A model generated the notes under the pieces. That model had not been told where the DNA came from and searched no databases. It was given only the letters and a program-made list of their open reading frames with translations. DNA of 64,000 nt, taken from the IMG/VR virus record IMGVR_UViG_2934965791_000001, positions 1 through 64,000 of that record; one strand, 5' to 3'. How positions within the stretch are numbered: the first letter of the stretch is position 1; the number at the start of each line of letters is the position of its first letter. Source of the stretch: a virus (lineage: Duplodnaviria > Caudoviricetes). The position numbers and the translations under genes are program-made. Positions 9,448-18,389 of the stretch are shown piece after piece.

Positions 9448-9783
9448 TCATGCCGCGTCGCGGTCGACCGCGGCCCACCGGTACACGGAGATGCCGTGGC
9501 CCTTCGTCGCCGGCGACGTCGACGGAACCCGCCGGCCGGTGTTCACCAGCGGGCCGCGCTGGTGCGTAAGGCTGTTGAACGCCGGCCCGATGAGCGGGTG
9601 AAGGCGTTCTTCGAGCAGGTCCCGGACGTCGTTCGCGGAGACCTCCCCGCGGACCATCGCGACGGCCAGGGCGACCTCCTTGACCCGGTCGACGTCCCAG
9701 GGCCAGGCGGCCGCGAGGAGGTTTTCCAGGGTCGTGTCACGGACGGCAGCCGCGTGGCGCTCCGCCTTGGTCAGGCCACTCAT
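9448..9783 (-). CDS. Hypothetical phage protein (wHTH-like)
   Basis: VSANDVRDLL..IGPAFNSL..STSPATKGHGISVYRW; coupled to whiB. Confidence 0.7.
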   Translation of the reverse strand: MSGLTKAERHAAAVRDTTLENLLAAAWPWDVDRVKEVALAVAMVRGEVSANDVRDLLEERLHPLIGPAFNSLTHQRGPLVNTGRRVPSTSPATKGHGISVYRWAAVDRDAA

Positions 9784-10142
9784 GACGACTCCTTCGCGGC
9801 CCGCCGGGCGGCGGCCCGCCGTTGGTTCTTCCGGAGCCGGCGCCGCTCCTCATCGTTCGTGCCGCCCCAGACGCCTTGCTGCCCGGTCTCCATGGCGAAC
9901 TCCAGGCACTCGGCCATCACGGAACAGGTGGCGCACACCTGCTTCGCTTCCCGCTCTTGGGCGAGCGCCTCGGCGCTGGTCCCTACGGGGAAGAACAGGT
10001 TCGTGGCGTTCCCCGCGCACGCGGCCTCGTACCGCCACTCCTCCTCTACCGGCTGCGCCGTCGCAGAAAGCGAAGGGAGCCGGACAGGTTCCTGTCCGGC
10101 TCCCCACATCGACGGCCAGCGGGACTCATCCCGCAACGTCAC
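9780..10142 (-). CDS. WhiB-family Fe-S transcriptional regulator
   Basis: W..AAC..LFFP..AKQVCATCSVMAECLEFA..GVWGG..ERR. Confidence 0.95.
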   Translation of the reverse strand: MTLRDESRWPSMWGAGQEPVRLPSLSATAQPVEEEWRYEAACAGNATNLFFPVGTSAEALAQEREAKQVCATCSVMAECLEFAMETGQQGVWGGTNDEERRRLRKNQRRAAARRAAKESS

Positions 10143-11337
10143 CCGTGTCTCCCCAATTCTCGTGCTCGGCGTACTGGTGCGCGGCGTCGGACGCCTGCGC
10201 GGTGCTCGCGGTCCGGGGCAGTGCCCGGCGGAGTGCTTCGATCTGCGTGCGCATGGCGCCCCCGAGGGTCACGCCGCGCGGCTTGTTCGGGTCGGCCGGC
10301 GCGTTGACGGCACCGATCTTGATCGCCCGGTCCAGGAGGTTCTGCAGCGCCACCGGGTCGAGCCAGATCGGGCCGCACTCGGTACGGATGTCCGCTGCGG
10401 TCTTCGGCCCGTCGTCGACCGGCGGGGGTCCCGCCAGCGGCTGCTGCCCGGCCGGCGGCGTCGACGTGGCCGGCGGCTGCTGCGCGGGCACGCCGTGCTC
10501 GGCGGCGACCTGCGCCGCGGCGGTGGTCCGCTCGGCCTCGCGGGCCGCGCGCTCCTCGTCGCGCTTGATGCGCATCTCGGCGTACCGCTGGGCGGCGTCC
10601 TCCAGGACGAACAGCTGCGCGTCGACGATGTCGCCGAGGGTCTTCCCGCCGCCGCGCGGCAGGACGAAGTCGAGCTGTCCGGCCTCGTCGGCTGCCCGGC
10701 GGAGCCCGCTCAGGTACTCCGGCGACGTCCACACGCGCTCCTGGCGGATGGCCTCCATGAACGGCTCGGCCGGGTGCGGGGGTTCGGCGTGCAGGTCGGT
10801 CTTCGCCCACAGGTCGAGGGCCATACCGAAGCGCATGCCCGCATTCCTGATCGCGTCGCCGATGATCTCCTTCGTCGCGGTGGTGCCGGCGCGCTTGCCG
10901 ACGGCGTCGCCGTAGCCCTTGCGGGTCATGCCGCACACGGTCAGCGTGATCCACATGCCGCCGTCGACGTCGCAGAGCGGCAGGCCGGCGGCGTCCTTGG
11001 CCATCGGCTCCCAGTCCCAGGTGAGGTCGACCGACAGGAGCCGGTCGGTGGCCTCGGCGTGCCCGACGTAGTCGAGGTGCTTGTGGGCAGAGGTGACCCA
11101 CTGGCCGCACTCCTGGCAGGAGATCTTGCTGTGGGAGGCACAGCACTTGTCCTGCGCGTTCTTGCAGCCGCCGCACGAGATCGTGGGACGCTTGGCGATC
11201 GCTTCCGGGGGGAACGGCGCGCGGAGCGCTTCCAGCCCAGCCAGCTGCGCCGGCGTCAGGTCGAGGGTGTTGGCGGCGGGGTTCGGGGTGTGCTGAGGGG
11301 AGCCGCCGGCGGTGCCGGCGGCCTTGGGGCCTGCCAT
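10126..11337 (-). CDS. Rad52/Rad22 (Sak)-like single-strand annealing protein
   Basis: LRAPFPPEAI, LDYVGHAEATDRL, TRKGYGD, KEIIGDAIRNAGMRFG; Cys-rich insert. Confidence 0.8.
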   Translation of the reverse strand: MAGPKAAGTAGGSPQHTPNPAANTLDLTPAQLAGLEALRAPFPPEAIAKRPTISCGGCKNAQDKCCASHSKISCQECGQWVTSAHKHLDYVGHAEATDRLLSVDLTWDWEPMAKDAAGLPLCDVDGGMWITLTVCGMTRKGYGDAVGKRAGTTATKEIIGDAIRNAGMRFGMALDLWAKTDLHAEPPHPAEPFMEAIRQERVWTSPEYLSGLRRAADEAGQLDFVLPRGGGKTLGDIVDAQLFVLEDAAQRYAEMRIKRDEERAAREAERTTAAAQVAAEHGVPAQQPPATSTPPAGQQPLAGPPPVDDGPKTAADIRTECGPIWLDPVALQNLLDRAIKIGAVNAPADPNKPRGVTLGGAMRTQIEALRRALPRTASTAQASDAAHQYAEHENWGDTGDVAG

Positions 11338-11423
11338 CTGCGGTTATCTCCCTTGGGGGACGTGGGGTGTGCTCGGGGACGTGCCTGGTGTCGGCGTCCA
11401 GGCCGGCGCCCCCGCAGCGAGCG

Positions 11424-11933
11424 CTACGTGCGCTTGCGAGGGCCGAAGCGGTGCTCCAGCCAGGCCGCGGCTACCTGCTGCGGCGATGGGGACCAGCCGA
11501 GGGTGTCGGCGTGCTCCTCGATGTACGCGGTGACCTCCTGCCGGCGGGCGGTGGTGGCGCGGGCACTGAAGTTGGACTTCCCTGCGCCGTCGCCGCGCGG
11601 TGCCGGCTTCGGCTTGAAGCGGCCAGCGAGGAGGGCGGCGAACCCTTCCTCGACGAGGTCGGGGATCGAGCCGGCCTGCTGCGCGGTCGTCCAGGTCTCC
11701 CGGAACGTGTAGACGGAGAGGTTCGGGTTGTCGTCCCGGCTCCGGCTGCGGGTCAGCTCCGCCAGTGCCGACCGGACGGCCGCGGCCTCTTCGACGTGTC
11801 CGTCGGTGTCGAGGATCTGGGCGGCTCGGTCGAGCAGTACGGTGCGTTCCTTCTTGGGGCGGGCCAACGTGGGTCCTCTCGGCGGGCGACCGCCCGGAGG
11901 ACGCCGGAGCGGACGCGAGTGAGTCGTGTCCAC
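11424..11933 (-). CDS. Hypothetical basic protein, possible ribbon-helix-helix regulator
   Basis: GTG with AAGGAG RBS; first gene of the leftward early operon; two strand-helix segments (NPNLSVYT, KSNFSARA). Confidence 0.6.
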   Translation of the reverse strand: MDTTHSRPLRRPPGGRPPRGPTLARPKKERTVLLDRAAQILDTDGHVEEAAAVRSALAELTRSRSRDDNPNLSVYTFRETWTTAQQAGSIPDLVEEGFAALLAGRFKPKPAPRGDGAGKSNFSARATTARRQEVTAYIEEHADTLGWSPSPQQVAAAWLEHRFGPRKRT

Positions 11934-11950
11934 GCCACGGTCTCCTTAAA

Positions 11951-12050
11951 TCTATTGCGCGCGCAACCTACAAGCCGGACTTGCGGGTCGGCCGGGTCGG
12001 GTGATCCGGCACTGACCAAGCTAAGTGACTTCTAATGCGCGCGCAATAGA
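11951..12050. promoter_or_regulatory. Pair of palindromic operator-like sites
   Basis: TCTATTGCGCGCGCA (11951-11965) and its exact inverse TGCGCGCGCAATAGA (12036-12050). Confidence 0.65.
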
Positions 12051-12151
12051 GAGCGACGAGATGTGAATGCACCATGCACCTCTCCCACCAGGGCATTCAC
12101 ACACCCGGGCGCCCGCCGGCAGGCGACAGGCGGCGCCAGCATCCGGGCAAC

Positions 12152-12185
12152 AAAAAAGGGCCCCACCTCCAAGAGGTGACGACCC
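12152..12185 (-). terminator. Hairpin with U6 tract upstream of the early operon
   Basis: Minus strand GGGTCGTCACCTC-TTG-GAGGTGGGGCCC-TTTTTT. Confidence 0.6.
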
Positions 12186-12251
12186 ACGCGAAGGCGATTG
12201 TAGGACATCCTCGCGGCAAGCGGAACCCACAACATCCCGGGATAGCAGGAA

Positions 12252-12293
12252 GCCCCGCCCGCGCGCCTCGGGGGATAGCGCGCGAGCGGGGCC
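12252..12293 (-). terminator. GC hairpin downstream of the RiPP operon
   Basis: GCCCCGCCCGCGCGC...GCGCGCGAGCGGGGC inverted repeat. Confidence 0.5.
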
Positions 12294-12345
12294 GCATATG
12301 GTCCCGGCCCGGCGATGGCGCCGGACGGGCCCTGGTGGAACTGGG

Positions 12346-12663
12346 TCAGGGCTTGCGGTGCCGTCCCGGCCCCGGTCCCAGGCCGGGCCAGGCCGGCGGG
12401 GCGTCGTGGCCGGCCTCGGGCTCGGGGACGTGGCCGAGGAATTCCCGTGCGGCGTCGGCGTTCGCTGCGACGCCGCACGTCGTCCAACCTGTGCCATTCC
12501 ACTCCAGGAGCAGGCGGGGAGCGTCCGGTGCGATGTGGGAGGCGCGGGCGCCTTCGGAGAGCGGGACGACCCGGCGCGTGCCGATCTTCTGGCGCTGTTC
12601 GGCTCGGTCCCGCTCGCGGCGGGCCGCCCAGTCCGCCAGCGGCTCGTCCTCCGGGTCGGTCAT
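12346..12663 (-). CDS. Small protein associated with ATP-grasp RiPP loci (DUF6087-like)
   Basis: DEPLADWAARR..RASHIAPDAPRLLLEWNG; family assignment from recall. Confidence 0.7.
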   Translation of the reverse strand: MTDPEDEPLADWAARRERDRAEQRQKIGTRRVVPLSEGARASHIAPDAPRLLLEWNGTGWTTCGVAANADAAREFLGHVPEPEAGHDAPPAWPGLGPGPGRHRKP

Positions 12664-12689
12664 CGTCTCGCCTTCCTGCCTGCTCCGGA

Positions 12690-13814
12690 TCACACTGGCA
12701 GGTTCCAGGCGGGTCCGTCGAGTGCCCCGAGCCAGACACGCTGGGTCCCGTCGGCGTCCACGGTCATGCCGAAGTCGGACTGTGGGGGTGCCCCGGCATC
12801 CTGCCAGGTGGTGAGGGCGTCCTCCACGGCATCCCACAGGTGCAGGGGGCCGTGCTGGTGGACCTGCCACCCGTCGCCGGCGGGCTCTGTCCAGGCCTGT
12901 GAACCGGTGGCGACGTCGACGAGGATCACGCCGTCGCCGGTGGTCATCAGCTCTGCCGACGGTGCGGCGAGCTGGGCGACGAACTGGCCGGTCCAGTCTT
13001 CCAGGAGGCCGGGGTCCACGCGGGTGGGACGGGTCTTGCCCGGGTGCGGGTAGAAGGTGGGGCGGGGCGGGCGTTCGTGGGGGCGCGCGAGCATGTAGCC
13101 GATGCGGTCCCCGGCGAACCAGCCGGTGGCGGTGCCGTCCTCCTGCACGGTGAGGCGGATGAGGCCGGAGGCGAGCATCCATCCGCTGATGGTGGTGGTG
13201 ATGGTTCCGCCGTCGCGTACCTGGTAGAGCCAGGCCGGCGGCACGTGGCGGACGGCGCAGGTGGCAACGATCGCGTCGTAGTCGGCGGCGTCCTTGTACC
13301 CGGCGAGGCCGTCCCCGGTGATCAGGGTGGGGTGGTAGCCGGCGGCGTGGATGTGTTCGGCCGCCGGGGCGGCAAGCTCCGGGTCGTACTCGACGGAGAC
13401 CACCTGATCGTCGCCGAGGCGGTGGCACAGGATGGCGGTGGAGTAGCCGGTGCCGGTGCCGATCTCCAGCACCTTGTCCCCGTCACGGATGCCGGCGAGA
13501 TCGAGCATGCGCACGATGAGGGAGGGCAGGGTGCTGGATGAGGTGGGGCGGCCGGCCATCGGCCCGGGTGCCTCCGCGGCCGCCAGGCCGTCGAGTTGCG
13601 TGACCCACGTCTGATCCTTGTAGACCATGTGCAGCCACTCATCGGCGCCGGCCTGGTCGCGGTGGACGGGTGCCCATTGCGTACCGGCGGGGCGGAACAG
13701 GGCGTCGCCGAGGAAGAGTTCGCGGGGGACGGTTTCGAGTGCTCGGCGCCATGCGGGGTCGTCGGTGTGGATGGCGTCGGCGAGCGCGCGGCGCAGTTCC
13801 GGGGCGGCGGTCAT
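12690..13814 (-). CDS. ATP-grasp peptide maturase system methyltransferase (PIMT homologue)
   Basis: VPRELF, TSSSTLPS, VLEIGTGTGYSTA, YDAIVATC; coupled to the ATP-grasp gene. Confidence 0.92.
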   Translation of the reverse strand: MTAAPELRRALADAIHTDDPAWRRALETVPRELFLGDALFRPAGTQWAPVHRDQAGADEWLHMVYKDQTWVTQLDGLAAAEAPGPMAGRPTSSSTLPSLIVRMLDLAGIRDGDKVLEIGTGTGYSTAILCHRLGDDQVVSVEYDPELAAPAAEHIHAAGYHPTLITGDGLAGYKDAADYDAIVATCAVRHVPPAWLYQVRDGGTITTTISGWMLASGLIRLTVQEDGTATGWFAGDRIGYMLARPHERPPRPTFYPHPGKTRPTRVDPGLLEDWTGQFVAQLAAPSAELMTTGDGVILVDVATGSQAWTEPAGDGWQVHQHGPLHLWDAVEDALTTWQDAGAPPQSDFGMTVDADGTQRVWLGALDGPAWNLPV

Positions 13815-14779
13815 GGGGTTCCTTCGGGGTGCTGGAGCTGATCGGCGAGCGCGGTGGCGATCGGGAAGGTGATGTGGTCGGGGATCCACGCCCACTGGCC
13901 GTTGGGGTTGCACTCATACCAGTGCCACCGGCCGTGATGGTCGAGGCCGAAGTCGAAGGCGCCGAAGACCAGGCCGAAGGAATCGAGGTAGGCACGTACG
14001 CCCTTGGCGACCTCGTCCGGTACGACGACGGCGGTGTAGGTGAGGGAGTCGTAGTGCCGGCGCCAGTCGATCCCGGGTGAGCCGTCGATGCGCACGGCAG
14101 TCAGGTGGTCGCCGACCGCGGTGAGGCGGATGTCGGCGACCTTGCTGACGCGCTGCTGGAAGAGGTGCGCCGTGCTGCGGAGACGCTCGTCGATCTGGTC
14201 GGGGGTGACGTCGTCGACCCATACGGTCAGGGCGCGGCCGGCGTCGTCGGCGTAGTCGGTCTCACGGAGCGGCTTGTAGATCACCGGCCCGTGCTCGGCG
14301 ATGAACTCGCGGGCACGCTCCGGGTCGTTGGTGATCAGGGTCGGGGGGACGGTGAAACCGAATCGGGCCGCTGCGGAGAGCTGGGCGGGCTTGTACTCGG
14401 CATCCCGGTTGCGCCATGGGTGGTTGATGTAGTGGGCGCCGGGCAGGGCGGCGAGGACGCCACCGAGCCCGTAACGGGCCTCCTCTACCGTCCAGCGGGA
14501 GGTCTGTTCGTCCATGGCCAGGTCGGCGCTGTAGGGGGTGGGCCGCCGCCAGTACACCGAGCGGATGTTCCCCAGGTCGAGGGTTCGGGTCGCGGTGGCG
14601 AGGGTGCCGCCGGGCCCGATGCTGTCGAAGGTGCCGGACAGGGTGACCTCGGAGGGGAAGTCGCCGGGGTCCAGGCGGACCACTGGCACGCGGCGCCGGT
14701 TCAGTTCTGTGATCACTTCGTCGGCCGTCGCGTCGTCCAGGCGTGTGACGACGAGGACGGGCGGCCCACCCACGGCCAT
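13811..14779 (-). CDS. tgmB: ATP-grasp ribosomal peptide maturase (graspetide ligase)
   Basis: SVYWRRP, AEYKPAQL, VPPTLITN, HLFQQRV, DIRLT, FGAFDF, ECNPNGQW. Confidence 0.93.
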   Translation of the reverse strand: MAVGGPPVLVVTRLDDATADEVITELNRRRVPVVRLDPGDFPSEVTLSGTFDSIGPGGTLATATRTLDLGNIRSVYWRRPTPYSADLAMDEQTSRWTVEEARYGLGGVLAALPGAHYINHPWRNRDAEYKPAQLSAAARFGFTVPPTLITNDPERAREFIAEHGPVIYKPLRETDYADDAGRALTVWVDDVTPDQIDERLRSTAHLFQQRVSKVADIRLTAVGDHLTAVRIDGSPGIDWRRHYDSLTYTAVVVPDEVAKGVRAYLDSFGLVFGAFDFGLDHHGRWHWYECNPNGQWAWIPDHITFPIATALADQLQHPEGTP

Positions 14780-15039
14780 CAGTCAGAGTCCCCGTTCTGG
14801 TCGCTGCCCTGGTCCGGGGTGCCGTCCAGGCTCGTCTTCGTCGTCGTCTCCTTCGAGGTCTCCGACTTCTTGTGCTTGTCCATCTTCGGAGCGAGCTTGC
14901 CGTCCGGGTCGAACCAGTCGGGAACCTGTGTGTCCGCGTTGAGCACGGGGTGGATCGCGGGCAAGACGGCAACGGCGGGGAAGGGCCGCATGCGGGTAAC
15001 TCCCCACGGGGCCAGCTTGGTTGACGTTATGGCCGTCAT
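14779..15039 (-). CDS. tgmA: ATP-grasp-modified RiPP precursor peptide
   Basis: 86 aa; PWG leader motif; K/S/T-rich then D-rich core KKSETSKETTTKTSLDGTPDQGSDQNGDSD; AGGAG RBS. Confidence 0.9.
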   Translation of the reverse strand: MTAITSTKLAPWGVTRMRPFPAVAVLPAIHPVLNADTQVPDWFDPDGKLAPKMDKHKKSETSKETTTKTSLDGTPDQGSDQNGDSD

Positions 15040-15288
15040 GAGTCTCCTCGTCTCTCGGTGATCTAACGGTGCACTCGCCGTCTGGTGGCTGCCAGACCGC
15101 GATGAGCCAGCCTCCGATGGTGGAGGCGAGGCCTGGTGCGGGGACCCGGCGCGGGAATTAACCTGCCGTGGGGGAACGGGGAGCCGTTTCCCGCGCCGGG
15201 CGTTGAGGCCCCGGCGCGAGCAGGAGCGCTTGCGTCGGGGGGTAGTGCTCTGTCCGGTGGCCTGGGCGCGATGGCCGGCGGGCAGAAG

Positions 15289-15948
15289 CTAGGTGGACAT
15301 CGCGCGCTCCCTGGTCTGGGCGTCGAGCGATTCGTCCATGACGGCGAAGACCAGGTGGAGCGAGTGGCCCGGGTCGGCTGGCGTGTCGACCTCGTGCTTC
15401 ATGTGCTTCGGGAGGAGCAGCACGTCGCCGGCCCGCATGACGATCTCGTCGGGGGAACTCTGCGGGGAAGGGGACTGCCAGATCCACCATCGCTTCGCAC
15501 CGCGCATCTGCACGATCACGCCAAGCCAGTCGTCAAGGTGCGCGCCGAGTGTCCTGTCGTCGGCGTACGACTGGTACAGCGTGCAGACCACCTCGCGCCT
15601 CACCAGGCCGGCCAGATGAAGCGTCACCAGGCTGGGCCAGCCTCCGGACCGCGCGTGAATGCTCTCGTACACCTGCGTCCTCGGCTGGTCGCGATGCTCA
15701 CGGACACGCTCGTCCTCGCTGACCACGCGCTCGAAGGTCGCGCCGTCGGCGAGGGCCACGGTCTGGGTCGCCGGCCTCGCGTCCGCCACAGGCAGGGGCA
15801 GACCCTCGACCCATGCGGGCTCGAACGCGCCTGGTACGGGAGACAGTTGTCCGGGAGTAAGCCTGATCCCCGGCAGGGCGCACGCGGCTAGCTGCGCGAG
15901 GAACTCGGCGGCCACCAGGTGGGGCGGCTCTCCGCGGCTAGAACTCAC
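15289..15948 (-). CDS. JmjC/cupin Fe(II)/2-oxoglutarate oxygenase
   Basis: LGAHLD (HxD), QMRGAKRW, AGDVLLLPKHMKHEV (distal His), SLHL. Confidence 0.85.
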   Translation of the reverse strand: MSSSRGEPPHLVAAEFLAQLAACALPGIRLTPGQLSPVPGAFEPAWVEGLPLPVADARPATQTVALADGATFERVVSEDERVREHRDQPRTQVYESIHARSGGWPSLVTLHLAGLVRREVVCTLYQSYADDRTLGAHLDDWLGVIVQMRGAKRWWIWQSPSPQSSPDEIVMRAGDVLLLPKHMKHEVDTPADPGHSLHLVFAVMDESLDAQTRERAMST

Positions 15949-16286
15949 TTGTACAAGTGCATGTCGGGGCCGATGGTCAGCAGGCAGCTCCTGCTGCGCG
16001 CCTCCAGCGCATGCGTCTGGAGAGCGGTGTCCCCGGGGTCTACGACCTGGGACTCGTGGACGACGTCCCCGCCGTCGAGTTCGGACAGGCGCTTCGGACG
16101 CAGTTCCAGGATGCGGCGCTCGGTGTCGACGTCCTGGACGAGTACCTCGTCGGCGGCCATGTCCAGGCCCTGGGGTGCGTACACGAGCCGGAAGGCGTCC
16201 CGAAGGGGGTGCTGGCTCAATACCTGGTTGATCTGACGGACCAGGTCGGTCTGCTGGTCGACGAGCGTGGGGACTGCAAGGGTCAT
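15945..16286 (-). CDS. Hypothetical 113-aa protein coupled to the JmjC gene
   Basis: AGGAG RBS; GTGA overlap with the JmjC start. Confidence 0.75.
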   Translation of the reverse strand: MTLAVPTLVDQQTDLVRQINQVLSQHPLRDAFRLVYAPQGLDMAADEVLVQDVDTERRILELRPKRLSELDGGDVVHESQVVDPGDTALQTHALEARSRSCLLTIGPDMHLYK

Positions 16287-16320
16287 TCTGCTTCTCCTGG
16301 GCGTGTGCCGTTGGGGGTCT

Positions 16321-16995
16321 CTATGCGGTCATCGACAGTTCGTGCAGCAGTTCCTCCAGGTCGACGACGCGGAAGGAACTCAGCCGGCGAACCATCTGCG
16401 AGGCGAGGAACGTGGGGAGGTTCGGGTGCCCGTACCTCAGGGGTTCTTCGGGCTGCGCGATGACCTTCACGCCGTCCGCGCCGAGCCCGTAGAGGGTGCC
16501 GTGCACGCCGTACAGGGGGGCGCTCTTGGCGAGGAAGACCATCGGGTCTTCGAGGTGCGGACAGAGCTTGGCGGCGGCGCGCGCGTGCTTGAAGCACACG
16601 GGCGGTTGGTTCGTTATGACCTGGGTCTTGGTGAGGTCGTGGTCACTGGGGCCGGCGAGGAATATGAAGCCGAGCGGCGTCCGCGCGGGTTCCTGGCAGA
16701 CCTGGCAGCGCATCGTCTGCATGCACATGATCTGCCGGTAGGGGTGCATCATCTTCCACTGCGGCTTACCCGTCGGCTGGCCCCGCTCGTCGACGGGGTT
16801 GAAGCTGCACCGTGCGAGCAGCACGCCACGCAGGTCTCGGTCCCGGGGGTCCTCGTCCCGGTAGTACAGCCGCGGGCCGGAGGAGTGCCGGTGGATAACG
16901 AGGTTGGCCGGCGCGGCGTCCTCCCCCTCTCGCGCGGTGATGAAGGGGACCAGGCGCGGCTCGGTCGCACTGTACGGGCTGGGGTGCACGGTCAT
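16321..16995 (-). CDS. Conserved actinomycete Cys/His-motif protein
   Basis: VPFITA, RQ..CM..RCQVC, PPVC..HA..LCPHL; ATGA-coupled. Confidence 0.8.
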   Translation of the reverse strand: MTVHPSPYSATEPRLVPFITAREGEDAAPANLVIHRHSSGPRLYYRDEDPRDRDLRGVLLARCSFNPVDERGQPTGKPQWKMMHPYRQIMCMQTMRCQVCQEPARTPLGFIFLAGPSDHDLTKTQVITNQPPVCFKHARAAAKLCPHLEDPMVFLAKSAPLYGVHGTLYGLGADGVKVIAQPEEPLRYGHPNLPTFLASQMVRRLSSFRVVDLEELLHELSMTA

Positions 16996-17420
16996 GACGC
17001 CTCCCTGAGGCACTGGTTCTCGACGAGGCGCTCAAGGAGTTCGTCGAGGGTCCAGGCCATTCGGCGAACGTGGCCGACGGCTCTCCTGTGATCCCCCGGG
17101 AGCTCTTCGGCGCGCACAGCGCGTGCGTCCTCGACTAGCTCGGCGACCCGCTTGTCTTGGTCCACGACTTTCGCGGTGACGGCGAGGTTGGTGAGCCTCA
17201 TCAGGTGGCCGCGAAGCCGCAGCGCGCTGTCGTCGACCTCTTCCTCGTTCGGCATGTAGTCGTCAAGTACGGCGGCGACGTCGTCGAGTAAGGAACCGTC
17301 GACGTATGGCTGCCACTGCTGGACCTTCGCCAGGACCATCCGCAGCCTGTCGGGGTCCATGGGTAAGGTCGCCGGCCGCACGGGGTGGTCCCACCTTGGG
17401 ACGGTAACCGCGGCCGTCAC
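16992..17420 (-). CDS. DUF6415-like protein
   Basis: LRLRGHLMRL motif; GTGA-coupled; contains a TTA codon (17289-17291). Confidence 0.7.
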   Translation of the reverse strand: MTAAVTVPRWDHPVRPATLPMDPDRLRMVLAKVQQWQPYVDGSLLDDVAAVLDDYMPNEEEVDDSALRLRGHLMRLTNLAVTAKVVDQDKRVAELVEDARAVRAEELPGDHRRAVGHVRRMAWTLDELLERLVENQCLREAS

Positions 17421-17917
17421 GACCGTATCTCCGCCGGCACGGGGAGGCTGCACCAGGTCTCCGCGCCGGAGTCGCTGGTCCCCCAGTCCCCACCACTCTT
17501 CTCCACCAGGGCTTCGACGAGCACGAGTCCGCGCCCCGACTCCGCGTTGTCGGTGACCTGCTTGGGCGTTGCGCTACCCGGCATACCGTCGGTGACGGTG
17601 ATCCGCAGGGTCCCATCCCCTACCGTGAGGTTCAGGCCGATCTCGGTGGTGCCGCTGTGCAGCAGTGCGTTGGTAAGTAACTCGGAGACGATCAGCATCA
17701 CATCGTCCGTCATCGCTTCAAGGCGGAAGTACCTGAGTCGTGCCGCGGCGATCCGGCGCATTACGCCTACCCGGTAGGCGTCTTCAGGTCGGGGCGGTAC
17801 GCCACCACGACGGGGAGTGACTCTCATGTGCTCGTCCATCACGTCCCGGTCGCGGGAGGGGACCGCGCGAGGAATCCGTACCGCTGTCGTCGTCATCACG
17901 TCCTCTGGGGGGAGCAC
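17417..17917 (-). CDS. HATPase_c (RsbW/AbaA-like) ATP-binding protein
   Basis: LIVSELLTNALLH, ITVTD, ESGRGLVLV, W-G..TW. Start uncertain. TTA codon at 17678-17680. Confidence 0.9.
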   Translation of the reverse strand: MLPPEDVMTTTAVRIPRAVPSRDRDVMDEHMRVTPRRGGVPPRPEDAYRVGVMRRIAAARLRYFRLEAMTDDVMLIVSELLTNALLHSGTTEIGLNLTVGDGTLRITVTDGMPGSATPKQVTDNAESGRGLVLVEALVEKSGGDWGTSDSGAETWCSLPVPAEIRS

Positions 17918-17978
17918 GAGGCCGACCGAACAACATCGAGGGCGCGTCGACAGCTGTGACGCCGTGCTGCGTCATGGC

Positions 17979-18389
17979 TCATGCGATCACCTGTGGTGCG
18001 CCCGTCAGACGGCCATCGGGGACTATTCCAACCCTCACCGACTCGCCGGCAACAGTCGCGAGCCATCCGCCAGCACCGAGGACGCTGTGGGTGAACTCCT
18101 GCTGGTGGTCGCGGTCGTGGCTCAGCCGACCCCAGTCGTAGACCAGGCACACCCTCTCGCGGCCGGCGTCCTCGGTCATCGCCCGGAGCATGTCGTCGAA
18201 CGCCGGCCGCTTGTTCGTCAGGGCGTCGTCACCGCGGTCGATGAACTGGCCGGCGGGCCCCCAGCCGCGTTCGACGAGGTGTTCAACGCAGGCAGCGAGG
18301 CGCAACTCAAGCATCGCCGTGTTCGTCGTGGCGCACCGATCGTAGACGTACGCCAGGACGGGCGGCGTCTGTCGCGCGGTTGCGGTCAT
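17979..18389 (-). CDS. Stand-alone serine-recombinase catalytic-fold protein, probably inactive
   Basis: AYVYDRCAT (vs YxRVST), FIDRG..RPAFDDML, LVYDWGRLS. No DNA-binding domain. Confidence 0.7.
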   Translation of the reverse strand: MTATARQTPPVLAYVYDRCATTNTAMLELRLAACVEHLVERGWGPAGQFIDRGDDALTNKRPAFDDMLRAMTEDAGRERVCLVYDWGRLSHDRDHQQEFTHSVLGAGGWLATVAGESVRVGIVPDGRLTGAPQVIA

